From Tubiluchus corallicola (lineage: Eukaryota > Animalia > Priapulida), in assembly GCA_030141605.1 (NCBI GenBank), contig JAQGDQ010000541.1:62001-126000 (forward strand): 64,000 nt of DNA, given 5' to 3'. Shown one piece after another: positions 13,486 to 25,300 of this stretch (within the stretch, counting starts at the first letter, position 1; every line of letters begins with the position of its first letter). The position numbers were made by a program, and so were the translations under genes. Under the pieces are notes generated by a model. That model ran no database searches. It saw only the letters and a program-made list of their open reading frames with translations, and was not told the origin of the DNA.

Positions 13486-16395
13486 GGATCAAAAGACAGC
13501 CTTGCTATTCTTGTTAATGCCATTGAGGAAAAAGAAAATAGACCTCAAAGTGAAGTGTTGCAAACAACAACATCATTCGATGCTGAGGGAATAAAATCTG
13601 CATCAACAACAGCCTTACCAGTAGGATCATCTCAGTCAACTTTTGAAAAGCCTAAAGGCAGGTTTGGAAAGTTCTGGAAAATGGATGGTGGTGGAAAAAG
13701 GAAAAGACACAGTTCACTGCCGTTAGACAAAAGTAAAGGGAAGAATTATAAGACGTCATCCAGCTTAGTCAGTCGTCGACTACAAGCAGTGGGAAACAAA
13801 CTGAGATTGTGGGCAATAACGAGCGCATCATCATCTGACAGTGATCAAGAAGATCTTGGCTCACCTTTAAAGAAACTTGGCAATGCATCATTTAAGAAAG
13901 GTGAACGAGTTTCAAATAACGAAGCAAAAAACAATGTTGAAGGAGATTCTGCCAAAGACTTTTATGAGTCACAAATAGATAACTTAGACAAACTTGATGA
14001 CCCAGATATGAAAATTCACAGCCCCAGATGGAGCCGTGATGATATTCTTTTAGAAGATGCATCAGGACAATCATGGTCTGTACATAAAGAACAGGTAGAA
14101 CAATTAAAAATGGCAAATGAACCAATTTGTGATACAAAAGCAGCTGTTGAAAAGTGTGAGCTTGATGAACTAAGTTCTTGTGACAAAACTGAGTCATCGC
14201 AATGTAGTTTATCAACAACTGCACGTGATTCCTTTGACTCATATAGATTAAAAAAGTATGCTGAAGATCTTGGGTCTTTGGTCGAGTTCTTGAAGGAATT
14301 TGAAGACTCTCATGACAGTGTTGTTGCTTTAGAAGATGCTATACACAATGCTAATAGCGAAGCTCAACGTCAAAGATTTGACGAATCTCAGTCACTCCAG
14401 CTTCTGCCTGTCATTAAAGAAAAGAATTGTTATCATCACAAAAGTGACAGCGCATTCAATACAATGCAACCTGCAGCAAATGCACTTGACTCCGACAATG
14501 CTGATGCTCTAGAGTTACCTTGTCAAGTAAGCTCACGTCAGCAGACTAAGCTCAGCAGCAGTACAGGAACAGCCAATAATATAAAAACTAATGAATTTGT
14601 ATCAAATACGACTTGTGAGTTATTGACCAGTACAGCTTCTATTGATAAGGCTCACGTTTTAATTGACGCAGCAAAATCTGAACTCTTGAATGCTAATCAC
14701 TGCGAAATGCAAGCTAATGGCGGTAGTATTAAAAAAGCATCTCCAGTGCAGACTGTGAAAGCAGATGTCCATCAGTCCTGTGATGACAGTGACAATAATG
14801 ACTCCAATTTAAACTTAGCTGGTCAACATACGGGTACAGTATCGCATGTAATGAGCACTGCTTATCATACTGTAAACCAAAGTATAGATTTTGGCATAAG
14901 CTCAAGTGAAGAGGAACCATGTGAAATGACTACAAGTGGACCTCAGCAAAAAAGCTACGTAAATGAGTGCACTGTATTGTTATCAAAGCCTGAAGCAGAG
15001 TTTATAAACACAGAATGGAACACTAGCATGAAGTCAGATCATGACAACTGGAATGTAATACATGAAGAGTCACAAAAAATCCATGATTTTATTATTGCAT
15101 CTAGTCCAAAAAGGCAGTTGAAAACAGAATCTAACGCCACTCACTCATTTCAAAGACCCAAGTCTGGGACTGAAGAATATTGGGAAACTCTGAAAAATGA
15201 ATCAGAATTGGTTGCCAGTGCTATTCTTAGTGACACTGAAGAAGATAGTCCAAGGAAAAGCAAGAAATATGTATCAAAACCCAGCCTTACTTCTAACAGT
15301 GGGAGTTCTGAAGAGCAACCATGTGGTACGAGACTTGGCAAAGAGAAGTCATCAAAAACAGCAGGATTTATTTTAAAGCCAAGTTGGGAACAAGATTCGG
15401 CATTTGCAAATCATGCAAGCATGAGTCCAGTGTTTTATCTTCAAGATACTGACAGCAAAACTGAAGAGCTACATGAAAGAAATTCGCCACTATTAGAAAG
15501 TGCATCTGGAAATACAGCTACAAATGAATTTGAAGATATACCAGTGTTTAATGAGCAAGAAAAGCATGAATATAATTGTGATAGCCTGGATGAAATTCTT
15601 GACGCTTCCGGAACAGGAAGCTGGGAATCTGAAGACGAAATTCCTGTAATAGATGAAACTAACATGAGTGAAATTGCTTTGGAGGAGAATAAAGAGTTGT
15701 CACAGATTGGAATAAATGAAAGGGCTGCCCAAGCTATAAAAATGGTAAACGGTTTCCACAGTGAATGTGAAGGTCACAAAATGAAAAATGCTAACGGTTG
15801 GACTGAAAACAGTGAAAATACTTTTGATAATGTTGCTTCTAAGAGAAAATTAGACTCATACTTACTGAAGCCTTCAAAACGTGTTATTGCCGCCAGTGAC
15901 ATCAGTGTAAAAATGGCAGGTGACAATCTAGAAATCCATTTGTCTGAGTCTGGGCATGAGATCATTGAAGAAGAAGAAGAAGAAGAAGACGATGAAGAAA
16001 TCAGCGGCTGCCAAAAAACAAGTGAGCCATTTTTGCAGTTAATGGAAATTCCTCGACGTGGATCACACGGGAGACAGAACGAGAACCAATTTAATGCAAT
16101 AGACGATATGTGGAAAGCAAAACTCGAAGCACAGACTGGATCAGTAGAAATACTACCTCCAGAATCTGATGAGGACCAGGAGCTTAAACCTGGTGGCCAA
16201 AAAGTAGCACTAAAAAGTTCAAGCCTGCCAAAAGACATTAATCAGATGTGGAAAGATAAAATTGAAAGGTGCGAGAATGATAGCAGGATAGAAGTTTTGG
16301 ATTCTGTCTTGGAGGAGAATTTAGACAAAAATAAGTCTAACAGAAATCAAAAACGATTGAAACACTTCAAATCACCAGATTGTAAAGTGTCATAG
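13486..16395 (+). CDS. Ankyrin-repeat protein, large terminal acidic/Ser-rich exon with stop codon
   Basis: ttccag acceptor at 13480-13485, phase 0, in frame with the 946-aa ORF ending TAG at 16393-16395; AATAAA hexamers downstream (~16779, ~17262). Confidence 0.85.
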   Translation, partial: GSKDSLAILVNAIEEKENRPQSEVLQTTTSFDAEGIKSASTTALPVGSSQSTFEKPKGRFGKFWKMDGGGKRKRHSSLPLDKSKGKNYKTSSSLVSRRLQAVGNKLRLWAITSASSSDSDQEDLGSPLKKLGNASFKKGERVSNNEAKNNVEGDSAKDFYESQIDNLDKLDDPDMKIHSPRWSRDDILLEDASGQSWSVHKEQVEQLKMANEPICDTKAAVEKCELDELSSCDKTESSQCSLSTTARDSFDSYRLKKYAEDLGSLVEFLKEFEDSHDSVVALEDAIHNANSEAQRQRFDESQSLQLLPVIKEKNCYHHKSDSAFNTMQPAANALDSDNADALELPCQVSSRQQTKLSSSTGTANNIKTNEFVSNTTCELLTSTASIDKAHVLIDAAKSELLNANHCEMQANGGSIKKASPVQTVKADVHQSCDDSDNNDSNLNLAGQHTGTVSHVMSTAYHTVNQSIDFGISSSEEEPCEMTTSGPQQKSYVNECTVLLSKPEAEFINTEWNTSMKSDHDNWNVIHEESQKIHDFIIASSPKRQLKTESNATHSFQRPKSGTEEYWETLKNESELVASAILSDTEEDSPRKSKKYVSKPSLTSNSGSSEEQPCGTRLGKEKSSKTAGFILKPSWEQDSAFANHASMSPVFYLQDTDSKTEELHERNSPLLESASGNTATNEFEDIPVFNEQEKHEYNCDSLDEILDASGTGSWESEDEIPVIDETNMSEIALEENKELSQIGINERAAQAIKMVNGFHSECEGHKMKNANGWTENSENTFDNVASKRKLDSYLLKPSKRVIAASDISVKMAGDNLEIHLSESGHEIIEEEEEEEDDEEISGCQKTSEPFLQLMEIPRRGSHGRQNENQFNAIDDMWKAKLEAQTGSVEILPPESDEDQELKPGGQKVALKSSSLPKDINQMWKDKIERCENDSRIEVLDSVLEENLDKNKSNRNQKRLKHFKSPDCKVS

Positions 16396-17895
16396 CATTT
16401 TAGACACCGTTTGATAAAGTACTTAGTGTTTAGGTTATTTTAACGGAGGTATTTTAATAATATTATTAGAAATGGTACAGTATAATTTTAGCTGATGTTA
16501 TTTAAATTTATTTTATTAAATTTTGCTGTCTAGGCGCACTGATGAGAAAACAGGCTTCTTATTGAAAAACTTGCAGTGCTATGATTGTCTGACATGCCAC
16601 AAGAATACATTCAGTTGCATATTTTTTTATTTGCATCATTACAGTAGATCGAAAACATCATTACAAATAATGTTTTTTGAGAAAATTTTGTCGTTTTTGT
16701 AATAGCCTCAGCAATGTGGCTTGTGATCTGTTTAATGATGTGAAATGTAGAATAAGATGTAAGTCATAGTGAAACAAAAATAAACTTAGGTTCATATGCA
16801 CCTAAGAAAAATTAGTGCACCATTATTAAGAGGTTACCAATGTTCATAAGACGTGTACTGAGTGTGTGTACTAGTAAGCGATTAACACTGTTTATTTATT
16901 GGTTTATTTTACGGATTGCTATAATTTTAGATTTTGGTCCATTTTGCCTTTTATAGAAAGACAAAACTTTCCAACAGTTTTTAACCACATGAGTGTTGTT
17001 AATAAGACGGATGTTGTTGTTTTTTGTTGTTGATTTTTGTAAATATTAAAAAAATGTATGGTGAACTGTAACTGTATATGTTGAGTTACGGGCTAATTCT
17101 ATCCTGTTGTTATAAATAATGTGCTTGTAGGTGATACTATACTATATTATTACGATCTTATTTGTTTGGGTTTTTATACTAATTGCGCCGTCTATTTTCT
17201 GACAAAGCAGTGCAAAAAATTATTAGGGTTATATAAAATGGGGGGTGAGTGTAAATAGAGTAATAAAACGGGCAGTTTGTAGGCCAGTAGCTGAATGGTC
17301 ATGGCGTGTGCTTAGCGACCGAAATTAAGGAATACTGAGCCAAATTGTTAAAAGGATGGTTGAAGCACCTGGAAAACTCTGCCTCTGAAAAATATATCAT
17401 TTTGTGCTCAGTTATTTATCCCAGTGAGGCAAGTTGATAAAGCTGGACTACTGCTGCTTTCACCTTCTTAGAGAACTGCCCTTGATAATGAGACAGGCTT
17501 CAGACCCTGCCACATACATCTACCACATAAGCATACCCTGCTTTGAATGCTGAATCTCAGAATGTCAAACTTATAAAAATAGCTCAATCGAGATGAGTCA
17601 TTGCACTGGTACAGATCTCAAAGAAATGGTGGAGACCTACCTTCTTTCCTACCTACCTGCTAGTTAGAAAATCTACGCAGAAAATAATATAATAATAATA
17701 ATAATAATAATTTTCGCCCCCCCCCCGTTCCTCCCGGTGGGCCCGATTCGAAAAATAAACCATCAATGAGACGACACTAGATCGAGACCTTTCGTTTGAT
17801 GTATAGATCGTGCCCTCGTCGAAGCTGTAGCCTCGAATCTTATATATATATATATATACCAAGAATATTAATATATAGATAATAATGGTGGCATA

Positions 17896-19390
<1,495 letters not shown>

Positions 19391-20528
19391 TATAAGCATG
19401 TTGGAGTTGGTGAGCAAAACCAGAAAATATGAAATGAATCAACATGTAGAATACATCGAGGGTTGCAGTGATTCGCTTTTTAAAAAATAAAAACGAAAAA
19501 TTCTGTACGTTTTCAAGGCTTACTTCAGACTCCGCTAGGTCAAGCAGCTGTTCAAGGAGGTGAGAGATATAATGAATCGCCAAAAATATTATGTTCGTGA
19601 GAAAATCAATTCGGTATAGGAAGTGTGAAGTATAATGACTTCTTACAGACTTAGAATTGCATAAAAACGTCGTATTCAACGCTGTAATACTCAACATTTA
19701 TTTAATGTTAGTTCGTAAATAATGACATACAAGAGGCTGAAAACAGAACAAATAAACATTATTATTATAAAATATATTTATTAGGTTAGTCACGTGATCG
19801 AATTTCATAAAACACAATAAAACCCACATACATAAAGCTAAAAAAATTCGTCTAAAAACTTGAAAAATTAAAACTCCCGCAAGGCGTAGCCATTTAAATG
19901 GTAAGGCGCTTGAAACAAGTTAACAAGTTAAGATAACATTGTGTAAAGTTTGAAAAAATTATAATCAGAGCATTCGTAGCTAACACTTCACTAACAAAGT
20001 AAAAGTTTAAATTACTTTCTGCTGCCAATAAGAATAAAAAGGCGTTTTTGGTGACTCATTGGTGCACACTGGGAAGGTGAGTCAGTGACATTTTACCATT
20101 TACTGCGAACATTTTTTTCTAGTTACAGAATCTTTTAAGCAGGTAAGCGTAATGGTAAATAATATAACTTCGTGTGGAAGGTTTTTTTGGGACATACTTT
20201 AAAATTACCTTTTCTTCCCCTTTAAAATTTAAATCAGATGAACTATTATTTTATATAAAAAGTAGTTAGAACACAAGTCTTTTGTGTAACTGCTATTCAG
20301 TTTCTATTTTTTGTACTTTTTGAGTTATAGGACCCCATGCAAGGAAATCCTATTCGTCGAAATTCATGAGTGCCTGGGGTTTCTCTCATTTTTCTACGAA
20401 ATGTTTGGCAAAAGTGGGATCAGAACAGAAACTTTGTTCTTGGGAGAGTTTTGTTGAGCCAAGACAGTGGACAGTTGACCATAAAACCATAAACATACAT
20501 GCGCAAAATAAGCTAGAAATAAAAAAAC

Positions 20529-20656
<128 letters not shown>

Positions 20657-20736
20657 CATTTATTTATCATCTTTTACACTAAATACGGTACATATAACAA
20701 CGACATAATTTAGTATGAGGGTATTTAGGACTGATG

Positions 20737-20861
20737 NNNNNNNNNNNNNNNNNNNNNNNNNNNNNNNNNNNNNNNNNNNNNNNNNNNNNNNNNNNNNNNN
20801 NNNNNNNNNNNNNNNNNNNNNNNNNNNNNNNNNNNNNNNNNNNNNNNNNNNNNNNNNNNNN
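20737..20861. other. Assembly gap (125 N)
   Basis: Run of N covering the outer end of the left LTR. Confidence 0.99.
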
Positions 20862-21921
20862 AGAATCCTGGAGTCGGGCTAAGGCTTTGTTGTTTCATAC
20901 GGGGGCACGCGGAACCCGAGCCTAGGAGTCTTAATGAGCTAGTAATATTCGATGGTAGATAGAATACCAAACCAACTATTAAGCTGTATATAACAAAATT
21001 TAATTGATTACTACTTTAACCCGGAGAAAAGAAATAGTTAACAATAACAATTAATCACAGTACAGCAAATATATTCTCTAGTCTAATAATAGAGAAGGGA
21101 GGTGTTAGTGGGGGTAGCACGTGCAAATGATGACGCACTCTCGATGACGGCAATCCAACGATGACCATATAGAAACGGAATTATGCTAGCTAGCAAACGC
21201 TGAGCAAAAGTACAAAAGTCTTGTCTTACCAGACACTCCATGAACATTGTGTGAAACTGCAGCTGCTAACCTGTGGGGTAACATCCATGGATTTACCAAC
21301 TATGGTTTGCTCTACCAACAATGGACTGTCCACCATGAACTTTAGCGTGACTTCAGGTTTGAACGAATCCTCAGACAATGACGGTAACGGTAACCACCTC
21401 ATCAAACCAAGACAACGTACTCGACAAAGACCCGTTAGCACTGTAAGCAATGGCTGTTGACAAAAGAAATAGTGACGTCTACTGCACTATAACATCGACG
21501 ATGCTAATCGACATTTTTGACTGTCTTTTCACAGACATGTGAAAATCAGACGATGGTCATTTTACGTGACCTAGGCCTTTCAACAACGGCCGACTGACTG
21601 CCAGGTTGCACGTCTCAGACTATATCTGTAACGTATGTATCATGTACACTTCATACCTGTACGGGTTTCACACATTTGAAATAAGCCGCGAGTATTGCAG
21701 GTATTGCAGAACACAACCACATGACGAGGGGGGTGTTAGTAGGACTCCTACACTACTACACTAATTACGCTAACAATACAGTACTACTATAGTGACTAAT
21801 TTAATGTAAGCAAATTACACTAGCAAGTGCTACCGCTATCACTATAAAGAACTTGACTGTGAAATGAAAAGGTGACAAACAAGTAAACAAAAATATCGTA
21901 AATAATAGATGGTTTGTCACA
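20862..21921 (-). repeat. 3' LTR (visible part)
   Basis: Matches 27753-28811 with 4 substitutions and 1 indel found by eye; ends GTCACA; adjacent PPT (minus strand tgtggggggatc, 21922-21933). Confidence 0.95.
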
Positions 21922-22333
21922 GATCCCCCCACAACGGAAAAAGTGTGGACGAATGTTTAAAGAACAGAATCCCACTTTTAAAATTATTGAACAGTTAATT
22001 TTAACTACCAACCATTACAGTGGTGAAAATTAGCAAGTAACGACTGTTACTAACTGAATACAAAGTTTTACTAAATAATACAGTCACACAAAAATGGCAT
22101 ATCAAAACTTAAATGGATCTTCAACACACTTGTAAAAGAACATTTTACACAAACTAAAGCACACTGGATATTTGATTTAAAATAATGAAAAGAATACAAC
22201 ATTTGAAGAATACTATCATTCACATTCAGAGATGTTGTCACACATGATTGCATAAAATAAAATGCTTTAAACAACAAGGTCATTTAGGAAGAAATCACAT
22301 TCCTATCTTATTTTCATCTAAGGCAACTTGAAC

Positions 22334-25300
22334 TTAGTGCCTACTCAGTGCGTCTGCACAATAATTTGTTTTTCCTTTGATATGCACTACAGTGAAAGTG
22401 TATTCTTGTAGCAGTAAATTCCATCTGGCTATTCGCCTATTGGCGTTTTTCATCTGCTTTAAGTAAGCTAATGATTGTGCATCTGTGCGAATCACAAACT
22501 GCCTACCTACAAGATAGTACGACGATTTCTCAATAGAGAAAATTATAGCCAAAAGTTCTTTTTCTACTGTTGAGTAGTTACATTCATATTTGGTTAGCTT
22601 CATACTCAAATAAGTGATTGGAACCTCTTGTCTATCATCAGACATTTGTGTAAGTTGGCCGCCTATTCCTGTTGCACTAGCATCAGTTGTCAAGAAAAAA
22701 GTCTTATCAAAATCTGGTGCATGTAACACTGTATTTGAGTTTAATGCATCTTTGAGTGTGGTAAAGCTCTGTTCACACTCTGCATTCCATAGTACAATGT
22801 TTGGTTTGTCTTTTTCTGTCAAAGTATGTAATGGTGTTGCTATTGCAGAGAAATTAGGAATAAAACGCCTATAGAAACCTACGAAACCCAAAAATGACCT
22901 GACCTGTTTTTTAGTTTCTGTTCTTTTATAGTTCTGAATAGCGAGGATTTTCTCTGGCTGAGGTTTCAAAAGATTTCCGCCAACAACATAGCCTAAGAAA
23001 TGAGTTTCTTGGAGTGCGAAATTACACTTGAGTGGTTTGATTGTCAAACCTGCATTAGACAGACAAGTAAGAACTAGCTCGATATGATAGAGATGATCTT
23101 GCCAAGAACGACTGAAAATGATAACATCGTCTATGTAACCAGAAGCAAAACCAATTACTGGTTCTAAAACACGATCTACCAGACATTGAGCTGTTGCTGC
23201 AGAATTACACAACCCAAAGGGCATAACTTGAAACTCATGTTTACCAAACTCTGTTACAAATGCCGTGATTGGCCTCGAATTTTCCTCAAGATTAACCTGC
23301 CAGTAATATTTTGTCATGTCCAAGCAAGTAATGAACATTGCTCCATGCAATTGATCAACTGTTTCATCCATCCTGGGGATAGGATAAGGATCAAAAACTG
23401 TAATTGAATTAATTTTCCTAAAATCAATACAAAATCGAATCGATTGATCACGTTTGATCACAATGACTGCAGGACTTGAAAAAGGACTATCTGACTTGAC
23501 TATTACACCCAGCCTTTCCATGTCCATGATTTCTTGCCTCACACTTTCCTTTTGCGCCTGAGGAATTCTGTATGGCTTCTGCACAACAGGATTGTCAGTA
23601 GTTAACTGTATTTTATGTTCTACGACGTTTGTCCTACCAGGAATGTCAGAAAAGGTTGGTGTAAACTTCTCCAGAGTAGTTCGTAATTCATTCTTCTGCT
23701 TATCTGTTAAGTAATCAGGGATTACTACATCTTGTGCAGGTGTAATAGAGGTAGGAGCAAAACAGTGGTCTTCCATTTGTGACCGTTGCATTGGTGACAC
23801 ACTTTCATGCTCAGGATCTAATTCCAATTCATCTTGACCAGTAAATACGTCAAGTGTGGGAATTGTTTGCGTATAAAGGGCTTTTCTTTCTTCACGCGGT
23901 ATCCAAGCTTTGAGCAAATTAATATGGAATTGCTTGACCTGTCTGCTTTTACCTCCAATGATAACGGAGTACACATGTTCTGAGATTTTATCAGCAATCT
24001 CATACGGGCCTTTCCAGGTTCGTTCCATCTTTTTACGAGATGTAGGCAATAAGACTAATACCTTCTGTCCTACTTCAAGATTTCGGTACCTAGCTTTCTG
24101 GTCATACCAGTCTTTTTGTCCGATTTTAGCTTTTCTCAAAGCTTCGTGTGCCTCTTGAGTTACCGTTTCTAATTTATCAATGATATTGGCAACATAATCA
24201 TCAATGTCTTGGGGACTAGTAGGTTGGTCACAACCCCAACGTTTCCGAAGAAGAGCCATTGGACCAGTTACTTGGTGTCCATAAACCAACTCAAATGGGC
24301 TGTACTGCAGGGATTCTTGTGGTACCTCACGGTAAGCAAACAAAACAAATGGGATCAGATCATCCCATTCCATGGTTTTGTCACTCAGGGTAAGCTTTTT
24401 AATGGATCTTTTTAGACTTCCATTGAATCGCTCACATAAGCCTTGAGATTGAGGATTATATGGAGTAGATGTAATCCCTTTGATGTGGAAAGCTTGTTCT
24501 AGTTGCCTTATGAGATTAGAACAAAATTGGGTGCCTTGGTCTGACTGGATTGACTCTGGGCATCCATGTCTACTAATAAATTGGAGTAAGCACTTGGCTA
24601 TAGTCTCTGACTCAGTATTTTTGATAGGGAAAGCATCAGGGTATCTGGTACCTTGATCCACAATTACCAGTGCCCACTTATTGCCACTCTTGGTTCTAGC
24701 CAGTGGACCAATAAGGTCAATTTGGAGGGACTGAAAAGCTTTTTCCACTACTGGAAGAGGTTTTAGCTTGGCTCTGTCTCCTTTCATGACTCTTGCTGTC
24801 TTTTGACATATTGGGCAGGATTGTATATACTTTTTAATGGCAGTGTGTATTCCTGGCCAAGTATATTCGAACAATATCCTATCCCTTGTTTTCTTGACAC
24901 CTAGATGCGCTCCAGCCTTTGAATCATGGGCTAGTTGTAGGACTTGCTGCCTTCTACACTGAGGAACAACAAGCAACTGATCAACTGTTTTCCCCATTTT
25001 TCGTTTATTAGCCCGATAAAGTATGCCTTGCTTTAGAAAATATCCTTTGCCATCTTGCACCGCAGTGTCTCCACTCACCACATGATCAAAAAGATTTTTT
25101 ATGGTTACATCATTTTGCTGTTCTTCTATCAGCTGGTGTCGAGACACTATGGCAAACATGTAGTTTTCCTCTGCTGATGCATACTGCTTAATTTCGGAAG
25201 AAAATTCAATTTCTGACTTTACACTACTGGTTTCTTTGTTTAGTTGCTTTTTAAGCTCAACTGTTTGCGCTCGTGTCATAACCAATGACTTTTCTTTTTG

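Noticed and set aside
19880-19920. tRNA-like A-box sequence (also near 17282-17320)
   Set aside because: No B box or cloverleaf can be built.
21221-21460. 79-aa and 74-aa ORFs repeated at 28112-28351
   Set aside because: Identical only because they lie in the two LTRs; no recognisable motif.
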